Assembly: GCA_963702475.1 (NCBI GenBank)
Contig: CAVPCT010000003.1
Location: forward strand, 1,073,819-1,137,818
Source: an uncultured Thermoleophilia bacterium
GTDB taxonomy: Bacteria > Actinomycetota > Thermoleophilia > UBA2241
Reading direction: 5' to 3'
DNA length: 64,000 nt
Part shown: piece after piece, positions 13,205-27,858 of the stretch
How the letters are laid out: each line of letters begins with the position of its first letter
How positions within the stretch are numbered: the first letter of the stretch is position 1
Notes under the pieces: generated by a model
What the model was told of the DNA's origin: nothing
Database searches by the model: none
What the model saw: the letters and a program-made list of their open reading frames with translations, nothing else
Translations under genes and position numbers: made by a program

Positions 13205-14521
13205 ATGCAGCCAGCCGCTCCCATCGGCGTCGTCGGCACGGGCTACGTCGGCCTCGTCTCGGCCGTGTGCTTCGCCCATCTGGGCCACCGCGTGGTGTGC
13301 ATGGATGTCGACGAGAGCAAGATCGCTCGGCTGCGCCGGGGGGAGGCGCCCATCTACGAGCCGGGGCTCGACAAGCTCATCGACGACAACGCCTCCCGCC
13401 TGTCGTTCACCACGTCATACGACGAACTGCTGGATGCCTCCACCGTGCTGTTCATCGCCGTGGACACGCCGCCGTCGCCATCCGGCGACGCCGACCTGTC
13501 GCGCGTGCAGTTCGCGACCTCCGAGATAGCGCGTCGGGGCGGACCGCGGCTCCTCGTCATGAAGAGCACCGTGCCGGTGGGCACCGGCGAGAAGGTCATG
13601 GCCGATCTCGAGGCCATGGGTGCTATGGACATCACCTACACCTCGAACCCCGAGTTCCTGCGCGAGGGCGCCGCCATCCAGGACTTCCTCGAGCCCGACC
13701 GCATCGTGATCGGCGCGTCGTCGCAGGCCGACGGCGACGTGGTCGAGGCGCTGTACCGGGGCATCGACACCGACGTGGTGCGCACCAGCGTGGCCACGGC
13801 CGAGATGATCAAGTACGCCTCGAACGCCTTCCTGGCCACCAAGATCTCGTTCATCAACGAGATCGCCAACGTGTGCGAGCAGGTGGGCGCCGATGTGCGC
13901 ACCGTGGCCAGGGGCATGGGCCTGGACCACCGTATCGGACCGCACTTCCTGCAGGCCGGCATAGGCTACGGCGGCTCGTGCTTCCCCAAGGACGTGCAGG
14001 CGCTCAAGCAGCTGGCGGGCAACACGGGCTACCACTTCCAGCTGCTGAACGCCGTCATCGAGGTCAACGCCCTGCAGAAGCGGCGCGTGGTCGGCAAGCT
14101 CAAGCAGCACCTCGGCGGCTTGCGCGGCAAGACGGTGGCCCTGCTCGGGCTCACGTTCAAGCCTCAGACCGATGACCTGCGCGAGGCGGCCTCCATCGTC
14201 CTGGCCGGCCGCCTCATCCACGAGGGCGCGGTCGTGCGCGCCTACGACCCGATGATCGCGGCCGGCGAGCACCCGCTGTTCCCCGGTGTGACGATCGCCG
14301 GCGAGCCGCTCGACGCGCTCGAGGGGGCCGACGCCGCCGTGCTGGTCACGGAGTGGCCGGAGTTCGCGCGCCTCGACTGGGCCGCCGCGGCGGCCGTCAT
14401 GGCGCGTCCCCTGCTCGTCGACGGCCGCAACCTCATCGACCCGGCCGCGGCCGCGGCGGCCGGCCTCGAGTACGACGGCATCGGCCTCGGCGACACGGCG
14501 CCCGTCACCGCCGGCGTCTGA
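13205..14521 (+). CDS. ugd: UDP-glucose 6-dehydrogenase
   Basis: GTGYVG, KSTVPVGT, NPEFLREG, GYGGSCFPKD. Confidence 0.93.
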   Translation: MQPAAPIGVVGTGYVGLVSAVCFAHLGHRVVCMDVDESKIARLRRGEAPIYEPGLDKLIDDNASRLSFTTSYDELLDASTVLFIAVDTPPSPSGDADLSRVQFATSEIARRGGPRLLVMKSTVPVGTGEKVMADLEAMGAMDITYTSNPEFLREGAAIQDFLEPDRIVIGASSQADGDVVEALYRGIDTDVVRTSVATAEMIKYASNAFLATKISFINEIANVCEQVGADVRTVARGMGLDHRIGPHFLQAGIGYGGSCFPKDVQALKQLAGNTGYHFQLLNAVIEVNALQKRRVVGKLKQHLGGLRGKTVALLGLTFKPQTDDLREAASIVLAGRLIHEGAVVRAYDPMIAAGEHPLFPGVTIAGEPLDALEGADAAVLVTEWPEFARLDWAAAAAVMARPLLVDGRNLIDPAAAAAAGLEYDGIGLGDTAPVTAGV

Positions 14522-14530
14522 GGCTGCGCC

Positions 14531-15691
14531 GTGAGCGCCGCCGCCTCCACCCCCAGGCAGGCCGTCATCCTCGTCGGCGGCGAGGGCACGCGGCTGCGGC
14601 CGGTGACGTCGAAGGTGCCCAAACCGGTGGCGCCCGTCGTGGAGCGCCCCTTCGTGGCCTACATCCTCGACACGCTCGTGCGCCACGGCGTCGAGCTGGC
14701 CGTGTTCTCCACCGGCTTTCTGGCCGAGGCCATCGAGGCCGAGATAGGCGACGGCGCGGCCTACGGCCTGCGCGTGGAGTACGCCGTCGAGAAGGAGCCC
14801 CTCGGCACGGCCGGCGCCATCGCCAACTGCGCCGGCCACCTTCACGACGACGCCTTCTTCGTCTTCAACGGCGACGTGCTCAGCGACGTCGACCTCACGG
14901 AGCTCGCCGCGTTCCACGCCGAGCGGGGCGGCATGGCGACGGTCTTTCTCACGCCGGTCGACGACCCGCGCCGCTATGGGCTTGTCGAGCTGCGTCCCGA
15001 CGGCGCCGTCGCCAACTTCCTCGAGAAGCCGGGCGAGTGGGAGGGCACGGCCCTCATCAACGCCGGCGTCTACGTACTCCAACCTGAGGTCCTCGAGCTC
15101 ATCCCGCGCGGGCGCCTGTTCAGTATCGAGCGCGGCGTGTTCCCCAAGCTGGCGCAGGCGGGGTCGCTCTACGGCCACCCCGGGCGCGGGTACTGGCGCG
15201 ACATCGGCACGCCGGAGAGCTACCTGCAGGCGCACTTCGACATCCTTGAGGGTACCGTGCAGACGGCGATCTCCGAGCTGCTCGGAGAGCACTACTCCTA
15301 CGTGGCGCCGACCGCCGAGATCGGGCCCGGCGCCCGCCTGGTCCCGCCGGTGTACGTGGGGGAGTCGGCGCGTGTGGGTGGGGACGCGCGGGTCGGGCCT
15401 CTCGCCGTGATCGGCGCCGGCGCAGCGGTGGAGGAGGGCGCCACCGTCATCGAATCGGCCATCCAGAGCGGCGTGACTCTCGCCGCGCACGCCCAGGTGG
15501 AGCTCAGCATCGTCGTGCGGGGCACCGTCATCGGCGCCGGTACTCACCTGGAGGGAGCCGTGGTGGGCGAGGGCTGCGACGTCGGCGCGGGAAACCGCCT
15601 GGCGGGCGGGATCTGCCTCTACCCGGGTACTGTCCTCCCCGACCACTCCATCCAGTTCAGCGACGCGTTCCGCATCAGGGAGGCCCGATGA
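14531..15691 (+). CDS. NDP-sugar synthase (mannose-1-phosphate guanylyltransferase-like)
   Basis: LVGGEGTRLRPVT..PKP, EPLGTAGA, left-handed beta-helix C-terminus. Confidence 0.88.
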   Translation: MSAAASTPRQAVILVGGEGTRLRPVTSKVPKPVAPVVERPFVAYILDTLVRHGVELAVFSTGFLAEAIEAEIGDGAAYGLRVEYAVEKEPLGTAGAIANCAGHLHDDAFFVFNGDVLSDVDLTELAAFHAERGGMATVFLTPVDDPRRYGLVELRPDGAVANFLEKPGEWEGTALINAGVYVLQPEVLELIPRGRLFSIERGVFPKLAQAGSLYGHPGRGYWRDIGTPESYLQAHFDILEGTVQTAISELLGEHYSYVAPTAEIGPGARLVPPVYVGESARVGGDARVGPLAVIGAGAAVEEGATVIESAIQSGVTLAAHAQVELSIVVRGTVIGAGTHLEGAVVGEGCDVGAGNRLAGGICLYPGTVLPDHSIQFSDAFRIREAR

Positions 15692-17034
15692 CGATCCCGG
15701 ACGGCATCTTCAAGGCGTACGACGTGCGTGGCCTGTACCCTCAGGAGATCGATGAGGCGGCGGCCGAGCGCATCGGGTTCGCCCTCGCGCAGCAACTGGG
15801 GGCCACCCGCCTGGGCGCGGGCATGGACCCGCGGCCTTCGTCGGCGAGCCTGCTCCAGGCCTTCGCCGCCGGTGCCGGCGCCGGCGGCGCGGCGACCGTC
15901 GACTTCGGGCTCGTGCCCACGGAGATGCTCTACTTCGGCGTCGCCTCTCGCGGACTCGACGGCGGGGCGATGGTGACGGCGTCGCACAACCCGCCGCAGT
16001 ACAACGGCATGAAGCTCGTCGGTGAAGGCGCACTTCCGCTCAGCGGTGACGCCGGCATCCCTGAACTCAAGCAGCGCGCGCAGGCCGCCACGGAGCTGCC
16101 GGCATTCGCCGGCGGCGTGGAGGGGAGCGTCGACCTGTATCCGGACTACGTGCGTCACCTGCACGACCTCGTCGACCCGACCGGCTTTCGCCCGTACAAG
16201 GTCGTCATGGACGCGGCCAACGGCGTGGCCGGCAAGCTCGCCCCGCTGGTCTTCAAGGGCACGCCGCTCGCGTGCGTCGAGATGTACTTCGAGGTGGACG
16301 GCACGTTCCCCAATCACGAGCCCAACCCGCTGCTCGAGGAGAACAGCCGCGAGATCCGCGAGCGCGTCGTCGCCGAGAAGGCCGACCTCGGCATCGCCTG
16401 GGACGGCGACGCCGACCGCTGCTTCTTCATCGACGAGGACGGCGAGTTCGTGCCCGGAGACTTCGTCACCGCGCTGCTCGCCGAGGCCCTGCTCATCAAG
16501 AACCCGGGTGCGAAGATCCTCTACGACCTGCGCGCCAGCCGCGCCGTGCCCGATGTGATCGAGACCAACGGCGGCGTGCCTCTGGTCAACCGCGTCGGGC
16601 ACGCCTTCTTCAAGCAGCGCATGCGCCGCGAGGGCGGGCTGTTCGGCGGCGAGGTCTCCGGTCATTACTACTTCGCCGACAACTACAACGCCGATTCGGG
16701 GTTCATCCCGGCGTTGCTGATCCTCGACCTGCTGTCCCGCAAGCAGGCGACCATGGCGGAACTGCTGGAGCCGCTGAGGACGAAGTACTTCATCAGCGGC
16801 GAGATCAACTCCACCGTCGCCGACGTGCCTGCCGCGTTCGCGCGCATCGAGGAGCGGTTCGCGGACGGCGAGATCACCAGGCTCGACGGCATCTCCGTCG
16901 ACTACGCCGACTGGCACTTCAATGTGCGTGCGTCAAACACCGAGCCGCTCGTGCGTCTCAACCTGGGGGCCGATGCGCAGGCCCTCATGGAGGAGAAGCG
17001 CGACCTTGTGCTCGGCGTCCTCCGCGAAGGCTGA
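15688..17034 (+). CDS. manB: Phosphomannomutase/phosphoglucomutase
   Basis: FKAYDVRG, TASHNP, DGDADR, GGEVSGH, RASNTEP. Confidence 0.92.
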   Translation: MTIPDGIFKAYDVRGLYPQEIDEAAAERIGFALAQQLGATRLGAGMDPRPSSASLLQAFAAGAGAGGAATVDFGLVPTEMLYFGVASRGLDGGAMVTASHNPPQYNGMKLVGEGALPLSGDAGIPELKQRAQAATELPAFAGGVEGSVDLYPDYVRHLHDLVDPTGFRPYKVVMDAANGVAGKLAPLVFKGTPLACVEMYFEVDGTFPNHEPNPLLEENSREIRERVVAEKADLGIAWDGDADRCFFIDEDGEFVPGDFVTALLAEALLIKNPGAKILYDLRASRAVPDVIETNGGVPLVNRVGHAFFKQRMRREGGLFGGEVSGHYYFADNYNADSGFIPALLILDLLSRKQATMAELLEPLRTKYFISGEINSTVADVPAAFARIEERFADGEITRLDGISVDYADWHFNVRASNTEPLVRLNLGADAQALMEEKRDLVLGVLREG

Positions 17035-17054
17035 GGCCGGTGGGCTGCGCGACC

Positions 17055-18230
17055 GTGGGTCCGAGCGGCGGTGACGCGGCAGCTCGCCCGTCAGGGGGAG
17101 GGCTGGACGATGCCCTGACGCCGCAGGGCGTGGCGCGCCTGGACGCCGGCGGCATGCTCGGCGCCATCGCCGAGCTCCCCCGCCAGCTCACGGCGAGCTT
17201 CGCGGTGGCGCGCGAGGAGCTCCGGAGAGCCGGTGGCGCCGCCGCGCCGGAGGACCGGCCCACCGGCGTGGTGCTCTGCGGCATGGGCGGCTCTGCCATC
17301 GGCGCCGACCTCGTGCTGGCCTGCCTGCCGGAGCTGTCTGTGCCGGCTGTGGTGGTGCGTGGGTACCGCCTGCCCGCGTGGGCCGGACCGCGCACGCTCG
17401 TCCTCGCCGCCAGCTATTCGGGGCAGACCGAGGAGACGCTGGCCTGCGCCGGCGCGGCTCTGCAGCGCGGCTGCCGGCCGGTCTGCGTCGCTTCGGGCGG
17501 CGCTCTGGCGGAGCTGGCCGTGGCGCACGGCCTGCCGCTGGTCCGCGTGCCGGGCGGGGCGCAACCCCGCGCCGCCCTGGGTCACCTCTCGGCGCCGCTG
17601 CTCGCCGCCTTGGAGGCCGCCGGCCTGGCGGACGACGTGGCCCCCCAGGTGGACGAAGCGGCGGCCCTGCTGCGGGAGGGCAACGGGCGCTTCGCGCCGG
17701 GCCGTCCCGCGGGTGACGGGCCCGGCGACAACCTCGCCAAGGCGCTGGCCCTGTGCTCCCATGGGCGGCAGATCGTCGTGTACGGAGCGGGCCTCACGAC
17801 GCCGGTCGCGCGGCGCTGGAAGGGGCAGGTCAACGAGAACGCGAAAGCTCCGGCCTTCTGGAACGAGCTGCCGGAGCTGGACCACAACGAGCTCATGGGC
17901 TGGACCAGCCTGCCGGAGGTGGCGGCATCGACCCTGGCGGTGTTTCTCGACGATCCGCAGGCCGATCCCCGCCTGGCGCGGCGCGCCGATCTCACGGCCG
18001 CCGAGCTCGAGGCGAGGGGCCTCGCCGTGGAGCGCCTCACGGCACACGGCGCGTCCCCGCTGGCGCGGCTGTCCTCCCTGGTCCAGCTGGGCGACTACGC
18101 GTCGTTCTACCTGGCGCTGCTGTACGGCGTGGACCCGACACCGGTCCAGGCCATCCAGGACCTCAAGGCCAGATTGAGCGACGGAAGCGGGCTCAACGAG
18201 GGGTGGGCCGAAAGGGGCACCCCCCAATGA
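17055..18230 (+). CDS. Bifunctional phosphoglucose/phosphomannose isomerase (SIS domain); start approximate
   Basis: GMGGSAIG, SYSGQTEET, PRAA, WKGQVNENAK, PELDHNEL, GVDPTPV. Confidence 0.88.
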   Translation: MGPSGGDAAARPSGGGLDDALTPQGVARLDAGGMLGAIAELPRQLTASFAVAREELRRAGGAAAPEDRPTGVVLCGMGGSAIGADLVLACLPELSVPAVVVRGYRLPAWAGPRTLVLAASYSGQTEETLACAGAALQRGCRPVCVASGGALAELAVAHGLPLVRVPGGAQPRAALGHLSAPLLAALEAAGLADDVAPQVDEAAALLREGNGRFAPGRPAGDGPGDNLAKALALCSHGRQIVVYGAGLTTPVARRWKGQVNENAKAPAFWNELPELDHNELMGWTSLPEVAASTLAVFLDDPQADPRLARRADLTAAELEARGLAVERLTAHGASPLARLSSLVQLGDYASFYLALLYGVDPTPVQAIQDLKARLSDGSGLNEGWAERGTPQ

Positions 18231-18330
18231 GCTACGAAGCGGGCTCAACATGGGGTGCACCGAAGAGGCACCCCACACGGCACGACGGAAGTGGACGCAA
18301 CGAGGGGTGAACCGGCAGGCGCACACCTCA
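18180..18330 (+). repeat. Three tandem copies (52-nt period) of a GGGGTGC..GCACCCC hairpin repeat
   Basis: GAAG anchors at 18184, 18236 and 18288; related copies at 24099-24197 and 37547-37588. Confidence 0.8.
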
Positions 18331-18351
18331 TCGGCCGGCTCGGCCTGAGCC

Positions 18352-18966
18352 GTGCCCTCGCGGGACATCGCCGTCGCGCTCTGCGCAGAAGGACCGGTGC
18401 TCGCAGCCGTCTGCGGCCGGCTGTACCCGGCAGCTCCGTGCCGGCTCCTGACGCGTGAGGGGCTCCGTCCGCGGACCCCGTTCGCCGGCCCGCTGTTCGA
18501 GCTTCTCGCCGGCGTGCGCCGCGGGTCCTGCGTGGGCCTGGTCGTGCCCGCGCGGCGGGTGACGCGTTCGGCCGCTGCGGGCGCGCGAGGTCCTTCGGAG
18601 GCGCCCGCCCCCTCGCCGCCGGACGCGCTCCTGCCCGTGGCCGACCACGTGAACCTGGAGCTGCGCGGCCCGCTCACCGGCCGCTGGCCGGCCGGCGTGC
18701 CGCGCGACTTCCCCCAGGTGGCCGGCATATATCAACCCGCGGTCGTTCGTGCCTCCGGCGGGGCTCGGGTATACTCGTCCGGCGTGGTGGTGGCGGGTGT
18801 CGCCGACGCCCGGCGGCTCACGCCGTTCGAGGCTCAGGCAGTCGCCGAGCTTGGCGTCATCGCCGTCTCCGACGTGCTCGTCCCGGCCGCCATCGTGGCC
18901 GCATACTACGGTCTCACGCTCGCCGCCTGCGCTGTCCCGCAGGCGGACGGCAACGACGAACAGTGA
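18352..18966 (+). CDS. Highly divergent purine-nucleoside/MTA phosphorylase-like protein
   Basis: DHVNL..RGPLTG...FP...IY and LTPFE..A...LG..AV...VP.AIVA...GL resemble the PNP C-terminal half. Confidence 0.55.
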   Translation: MPSRDIAVALCAEGPVLAAVCGRLYPAAPCRLLTREGLRPRTPFAGPLFELLAGVRRGSCVGLVVPARRVTRSAAAGARGPSEAPAPSPPDALLPVADHVNLELRGPLTGRWPAGVPRDFPQVAGIYQPAVVRASGGARVYSSGVVVAGVADARRLTPFEAQAVAELGVIAVSDVLVPAAIVAAYYGLTLAACAVPQADGNDEQ

Positions 18967-21400
<2,434 letters not shown>

Positions 21401-21404
<4 letters not shown>

Positions 21405-22600
21405 GCCGGCTCACGGATCCGTCCGGCGGCAGTCCGCCCAGCAGCGGCCCGCCCAGCAACGGCCCGCCCTGTAGGGCCATGATCATGGCCGCGGGGCTGG
21501 GCACGAGGCTGTACCCGCTCACGGGGCTCACGGCCAAGCCCATGGTCCCCATCCTCAACCGGCCCGTCATGCAGCACATGCTGCACCTGCTGCAGAAGCA
21601 CGGCATCCGCGACGTAGCCGCCAATCTCCACTACCACCCGGACAAGATCCGCGCGTACTTCGGTGACGGCTCGGCCTTCGGCGTGCGCCTGCACTACAAC
21701 CTCGAGGACGAGCTTCTCGGCACGGCCGGCGGGGTCGGGGCCTTCCGTGACCTGCTCGGCGAGGGCACGTTCCTGGTGGTCAGCGGCGACGGCCTCACCG
21801 ACGTCGACGTCACCGCGTTCCTGCAGGCGCACCGCCGCAACGGTGGCGTCGCCACGATGGCCGTCAAGCGTGTGGCCGACCCTTCGCTATACGGGGTGGT
21901 GGTCACCGATGCCACCGGCAGAGTGACCGGCTTCCAGGAGAAGCCGCCTCTCGACGAGGCAAGGTCCGACCTCTGCAACACCGGCATCTACGCGTTCGAA
22001 CCGCGCATCTTCGAGTTCGTCGCGCAGGGACGGTTCGTCGATTGGGCCAGGGACGTCTTCCCGGCGCTTCTCGCCGACGACGTGCCGTTCCACACCTGGA
22101 CGCTCGAGAGCTACTGGAACGACGTCGGCAACATCGAGCAGTACCGGCTCAGCAACTTCGACGCCCTGCTGGGGCACGTGGACGTGCAGATTCCCGGGCG
22201 TCTCATCGCCCCGCAGGTGTGGGTCGGCGACGGCTCCGAGATCGAGAACGGCGCGCGCCTCAAGGCGCCGGTGCTCATCGGCGCCGGATGTCTCGTCGAG
22301 AGCGGCGCCGAGCTCATCGGGCCGCTCATCATCGGCGACGGGTGCGTCATCGAGCGCGGCGCCGTCCTCGAAGGCGTCATCAACTGGGACGGCGTCAAGG
22401 CCGGGCGCAACGCCCACGTGGCCGGCAGCATCGTGGGCCGCAATGTGATCGTGCACCACGAGGCCGTGGTACGCGAAGACACCGTCATCGGCGATCGCAG
22501 CCAGATCGGCGCGCACGCGACGCTGCTGCCGGGCACGCGGCTGGAGCCGCGTTCGCACCTCACCCAGAGCGACCCGCCCCGGACGAGCGGCGCCTCCTGA
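21401..22600 (+). CDS. Second NDP-sugar synthase (mannose-1-phosphate guanylyltransferase-like)
   Basis: MAAGLGTRLYPLT..AKP, LLGTAGGV, FQEKP, hexapeptide repeats. Confidence 0.88.
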
Positions 22601-22613
22601 GCCGGGGCCGTCG

Positions 22614-23486
22614 ATGACCGCGAGCGGCATCGTCGACGGCCTGGTTGACCTTCTTCTGCCGCGCCGCTGTGTGGCGTGTGGCGTGGCGGGCGCCTGGCTC
22701 TGCGCCGAGTGCGCCGGCGCCCTCCGCCCTCTCCCGTCGCGGCGCTGCCCGCGCTGCGGCGCGCCGGGGCCGTGGTCGGCGCCGGCGCCTGGGGCGGGTC
22801 GGCGCACGGCTGCCGACTCCTCGTCCGCCTCAGGCCTCGGCGGCCCGGAACCGGCCGCCGGTGCCGGCCCGCGGCGCCTCGCCCTGCGAACCGGCGGCCG
22901 GCGCTGCCCCGAGTGCGGCGGACGCGACCTCGCCTTCGTGTCCGCCTCCGCCGCATTCACCTATGAAGGGCCGGCGCGGGCTCTCGTCACGGCCTGCAAG
23001 TTCCGCGCCTTGCGGTCGCTCACGCAGGACATGGTGGACCGCGCCGCCCCCGCCTTCGCCGCGGCGGCGCAGGACGCCTTCGTCACCTGGGTGCCCGGGC
23101 ACCGGGACCATCAGCTGGAGCGCGGCTTCAACCAGGCCGAGCGTCTTGCACGCGGGTTTGCGCGGACGGCTGGGCTCCCCTATGCTCCCTTGCTCCGCCG
23201 CACGCGTCACGGGGCCCGCCAGAGTGGCCTCTCCCGCGCCGCGCGGGCGGCCAATGTGAAAAGCGCGTTCGCGTTGCTGGAGGGTACAAAGGGGGTACAG
23301 AGAAAGCTCAAGCGAGTGGTGGTCGTTGACGACGTATACACCACAGGTGAGACGTTGGATCAGTGTGCACAAGTGCTCGCTCAAGCCGGTCTGGAGCCCC
23401 GTGTCTTCACGTTCGCACGTACCGTGCGAGCGACCCCTTCCCAAGCATCGCTAGACCATGCCGTCCAGAAGGAGCGATGTCCATGA
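22614..23486 (+). CDS. comF: ComF-family protein (double zinc ribbon + PRT domain)
   Basis: CxxC pairs, RGFNQA, VVVDDVYTTGET; located upstream of hpf. Confidence 0.85.
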   Translation: MTASGIVDGLVDLLLPRRCVACGVAGAWLCAECAGALRPLPSRRCPRCGAPGPWSAPAPGAGRRTAADSSSASGLGGPEPAAGAGPRRLALRTGGRRCPECGGRDLAFVSASAAFTYEGPARALVTACKFRALRSLTQDMVDRAAPAFAAAAQDAFVTWVPGHRDHQLERGFNQAERLARGFARTAGLPYAPLLRRTRHGARQSGLSRAARAANVKSAFALLEGTKGVQRKLKRVVVVDDVYTTGETLDQCAQVLAQAGLEPRVFTFARTVRATPSQASLDHAVQKERCP

Positions 23487-24097
23487 AAACGCAGATCAAG
23501 GGCCGCAATGTCACCGTCACCGACGCCCTGCAGGACTACGCCAACGAGAAGATCGAGCACGTCCACAAGCTCCTGCAGCAGCGCAAGATAGACGAAGTGA
23601 CACGGGTAGAGCTCGAGCTCCTGGTGGAGAAGAACCCGAGCATCCCCGAGCCCTGTGTTGCCGAGGCGACCGTCTTCACGCGCGGGCCCGTGATCCGCGC
23701 GCGCGAGTCGTCCACCGACATGTACGCGGCCATCGATCTGGTCACCGACAAGCTGCAGCGCCGCGTGAAGAAGTACCACGACAAGGCGCACGGAAAGACC
23801 CGCCACGGCCACGACAAACCCGTGGTGCGCGAGGAGCAGGTCGAGCAGCTGGCGCCGGTGGCAGCGGCCGCCGCGATCGGAGAAGAGCTCGGCGCCGAGT
23901 CGGGTGGGGACAACGGGCGCATCGTCAAGACCAAGCAGTTCGCGCTCAAGCCCATGTCGGTCGACGAGGCGACGCTGCAGCTCGAGCTGGTGGGTCACGA
24001 TTTCTTCGTGTTCACCAACGCCGAGTCCAACCGCACCAACGTGGTGTACCGGCGCAACGACGGGCACTACGGACTCATCGAGCCGGTCGAGAATTAA
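23483..24097 (+). CDS. hpf: Long-form ribosome hibernation promoting factor
   Basis: IKGRNVTVTDAL, DMYAAID, KPMSVDEA..GHDFFVF, NVVYRRNDGHYGLIE. Confidence 0.93.
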   Translation: MKTQIKGRNVTVTDALQDYANEKIEHVHKLLQQRKIDEVTRVELELLVEKNPSIPEPCVAEATVFTRGPVIRARESSTDMYAAIDLVTDKLQRRVKKYHDKAHGKTRHGHDKPVVREEQVEQLAPVAAAAAIGEELGAESGGDNGRIVKTKQFALKPMSVDEATLQLELVGHDFFVFTNAESNRTNVVYRRNDGHYGLIEPVEN

Positions 24098-24098
24098 T

Positions 24099-24197
24099 GA
24101 CGGAAGAGGATCAATCGAGCGGTGCGCCGCAAGGGGCACCCCTCAGTTGGCGAGGGAACCGGGCTGATCGAGGGGTGCACCGAAGGGGCACCGCTCA
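24099..24197 (+). repeat. Two tandem copies of the same ~52-nt hairpin repeat
   Basis: gagcggtgc-gccgcaaggg-gcacccctc and gaggggtgc-accgaaggg-gcaccgctc. Confidence 0.8.
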
Positions 24198-24366
24198 CCG
24201 AGGCGTCGGCGTCCCTCGCCGGCGAAGCGCACGTCGCAGCTGGACGGGGCCGCGCCCGAGGCGGCTCGTGCGTGCCGCGCGCTCGCGTGTGGCACAATGA
24301 GGAGGTGAGGTCGCGGCCTCCGGCCGCGGCCGCACCCAGACAAGCGACTTCGGGAGTGTCGTCTCC

Positions 24367-27018
<2,652 letters not shown>

Positions 27019-27174
27019 GCGGCTTCGCCGCTCCTGACGTCCACGGCCACTCGTCCGCTGCGTAGCGCATCGTCACGGAGCGTGACCGGCTTCGCCGGTT
27101 GCCCTCGGTGACCACTCGTCGGCTGCGTCGCGAATCGTCACGGCGCGTGTGAGCCGACTGCGTCGGCCTGCCGG

Positions 27175-27456
27175 CGCGTCGAGACGTCCGGTCTCGAGCA
27201 GTCTGATGGACTCGTCGGCGGGCGCGGCCCGGCGGAACACGAAGCCCGGGAGACCGTCGGAGGATTCCGCGCGGCAAGCCGCGCTCCGCCTGCGTCTCCA
27301 CGCCCTCCGCTACTACAGTGAGGCCCAGGCGACGGCCGAGGGCGCTCATGGAGGCGGCGACCGCCGCATGCTCTGGCACGCCGGACGAGTCGTGCACGAA
27401 GGAGCGGTCGGTCTTCGCGGTGACGACAGGCAGGCGCTCCAGGTGGCTCAGAGACG
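27175..27456 (-). pseudogene. Remnant of an EAL (c-di-GMP phosphodiesterase) domain C-terminus
   Basis: SLSHLERLPV..KTDRSFV...VVAEGVET, then a frameshifted DGLPGFVFRRA.PADE..LL; no N-terminus. Confidence 0.75.
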
Positions 27457-27476
27457 GGCTCTCCGAACTGCGTTGT

Positions 27477-27506
27477 TTGACAATACTGTGAGTCACACAG
27501 TATAGT
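27477..27506 (+). promoter_or_regulatory. Sigma70 promoter overlapped by an inverted repeat (putative PadR operator)
   Basis: TTGACA 27477-82, 18 nt, TATAGT 27501-06; atactgtg-N5-cacagtat at 27483-27503. Confidence 0.75.
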
Positions 27507-27513
27507 GTGAAAC

Positions 27514-27858
27514 ATGCACGAGAACGACGCTATCGTGACCGGTCACCTGCAGGAGATCAGAAGAGGCTCCGTGGTCATCGCGAGCCTGGCCGCGCTGCGC
27601 CGTCCGCAGTACGGCTATTCGCTGCTGCGGATTCTCGAGCGGGCCGGAATCGAGGTGGACGGCAACACCCTGTACCCGCTCCTGCGTCGTCTCGAGAAGC
27701 AGGGGCTCCTCACGAGCGCCTGGAACACCGACGATCCCCGCCCCCGCAAGTTCTACTGCACCAGCCCGCTCGGTCGGCAGGTCCTCGAGGTCCTCGCCGC
27801 CGAATGGTCGCAGCTCGGACGCGATCTGCAACGACTCCTCCAAGAGGAGGAACGATGA
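27514..27858 (+). CDS. PadR-family transcriptional regulator
   Basis: YGYSLL, TLYPLLRRLEKQGLL, RPRKFY. Confidence 0.92.
   Translation: MHENDAIVTGHLQEIRRGSVVIASLAALRRPQYGYSLLRILERAGIEVDGNTLYPLLRRLEKQGLLTSAWNTDDPRPRKFYCTSPLGRQVLEVLAAEWSQLGRDLQRLLQEEER

Noticed and set aside
18180-18330. Possible CRISPR array
   Set aside because: Units are degenerate along their whole length, lack unique 30-40 nt spacers, recur at unrelated gene ends, and no cas genes are present.
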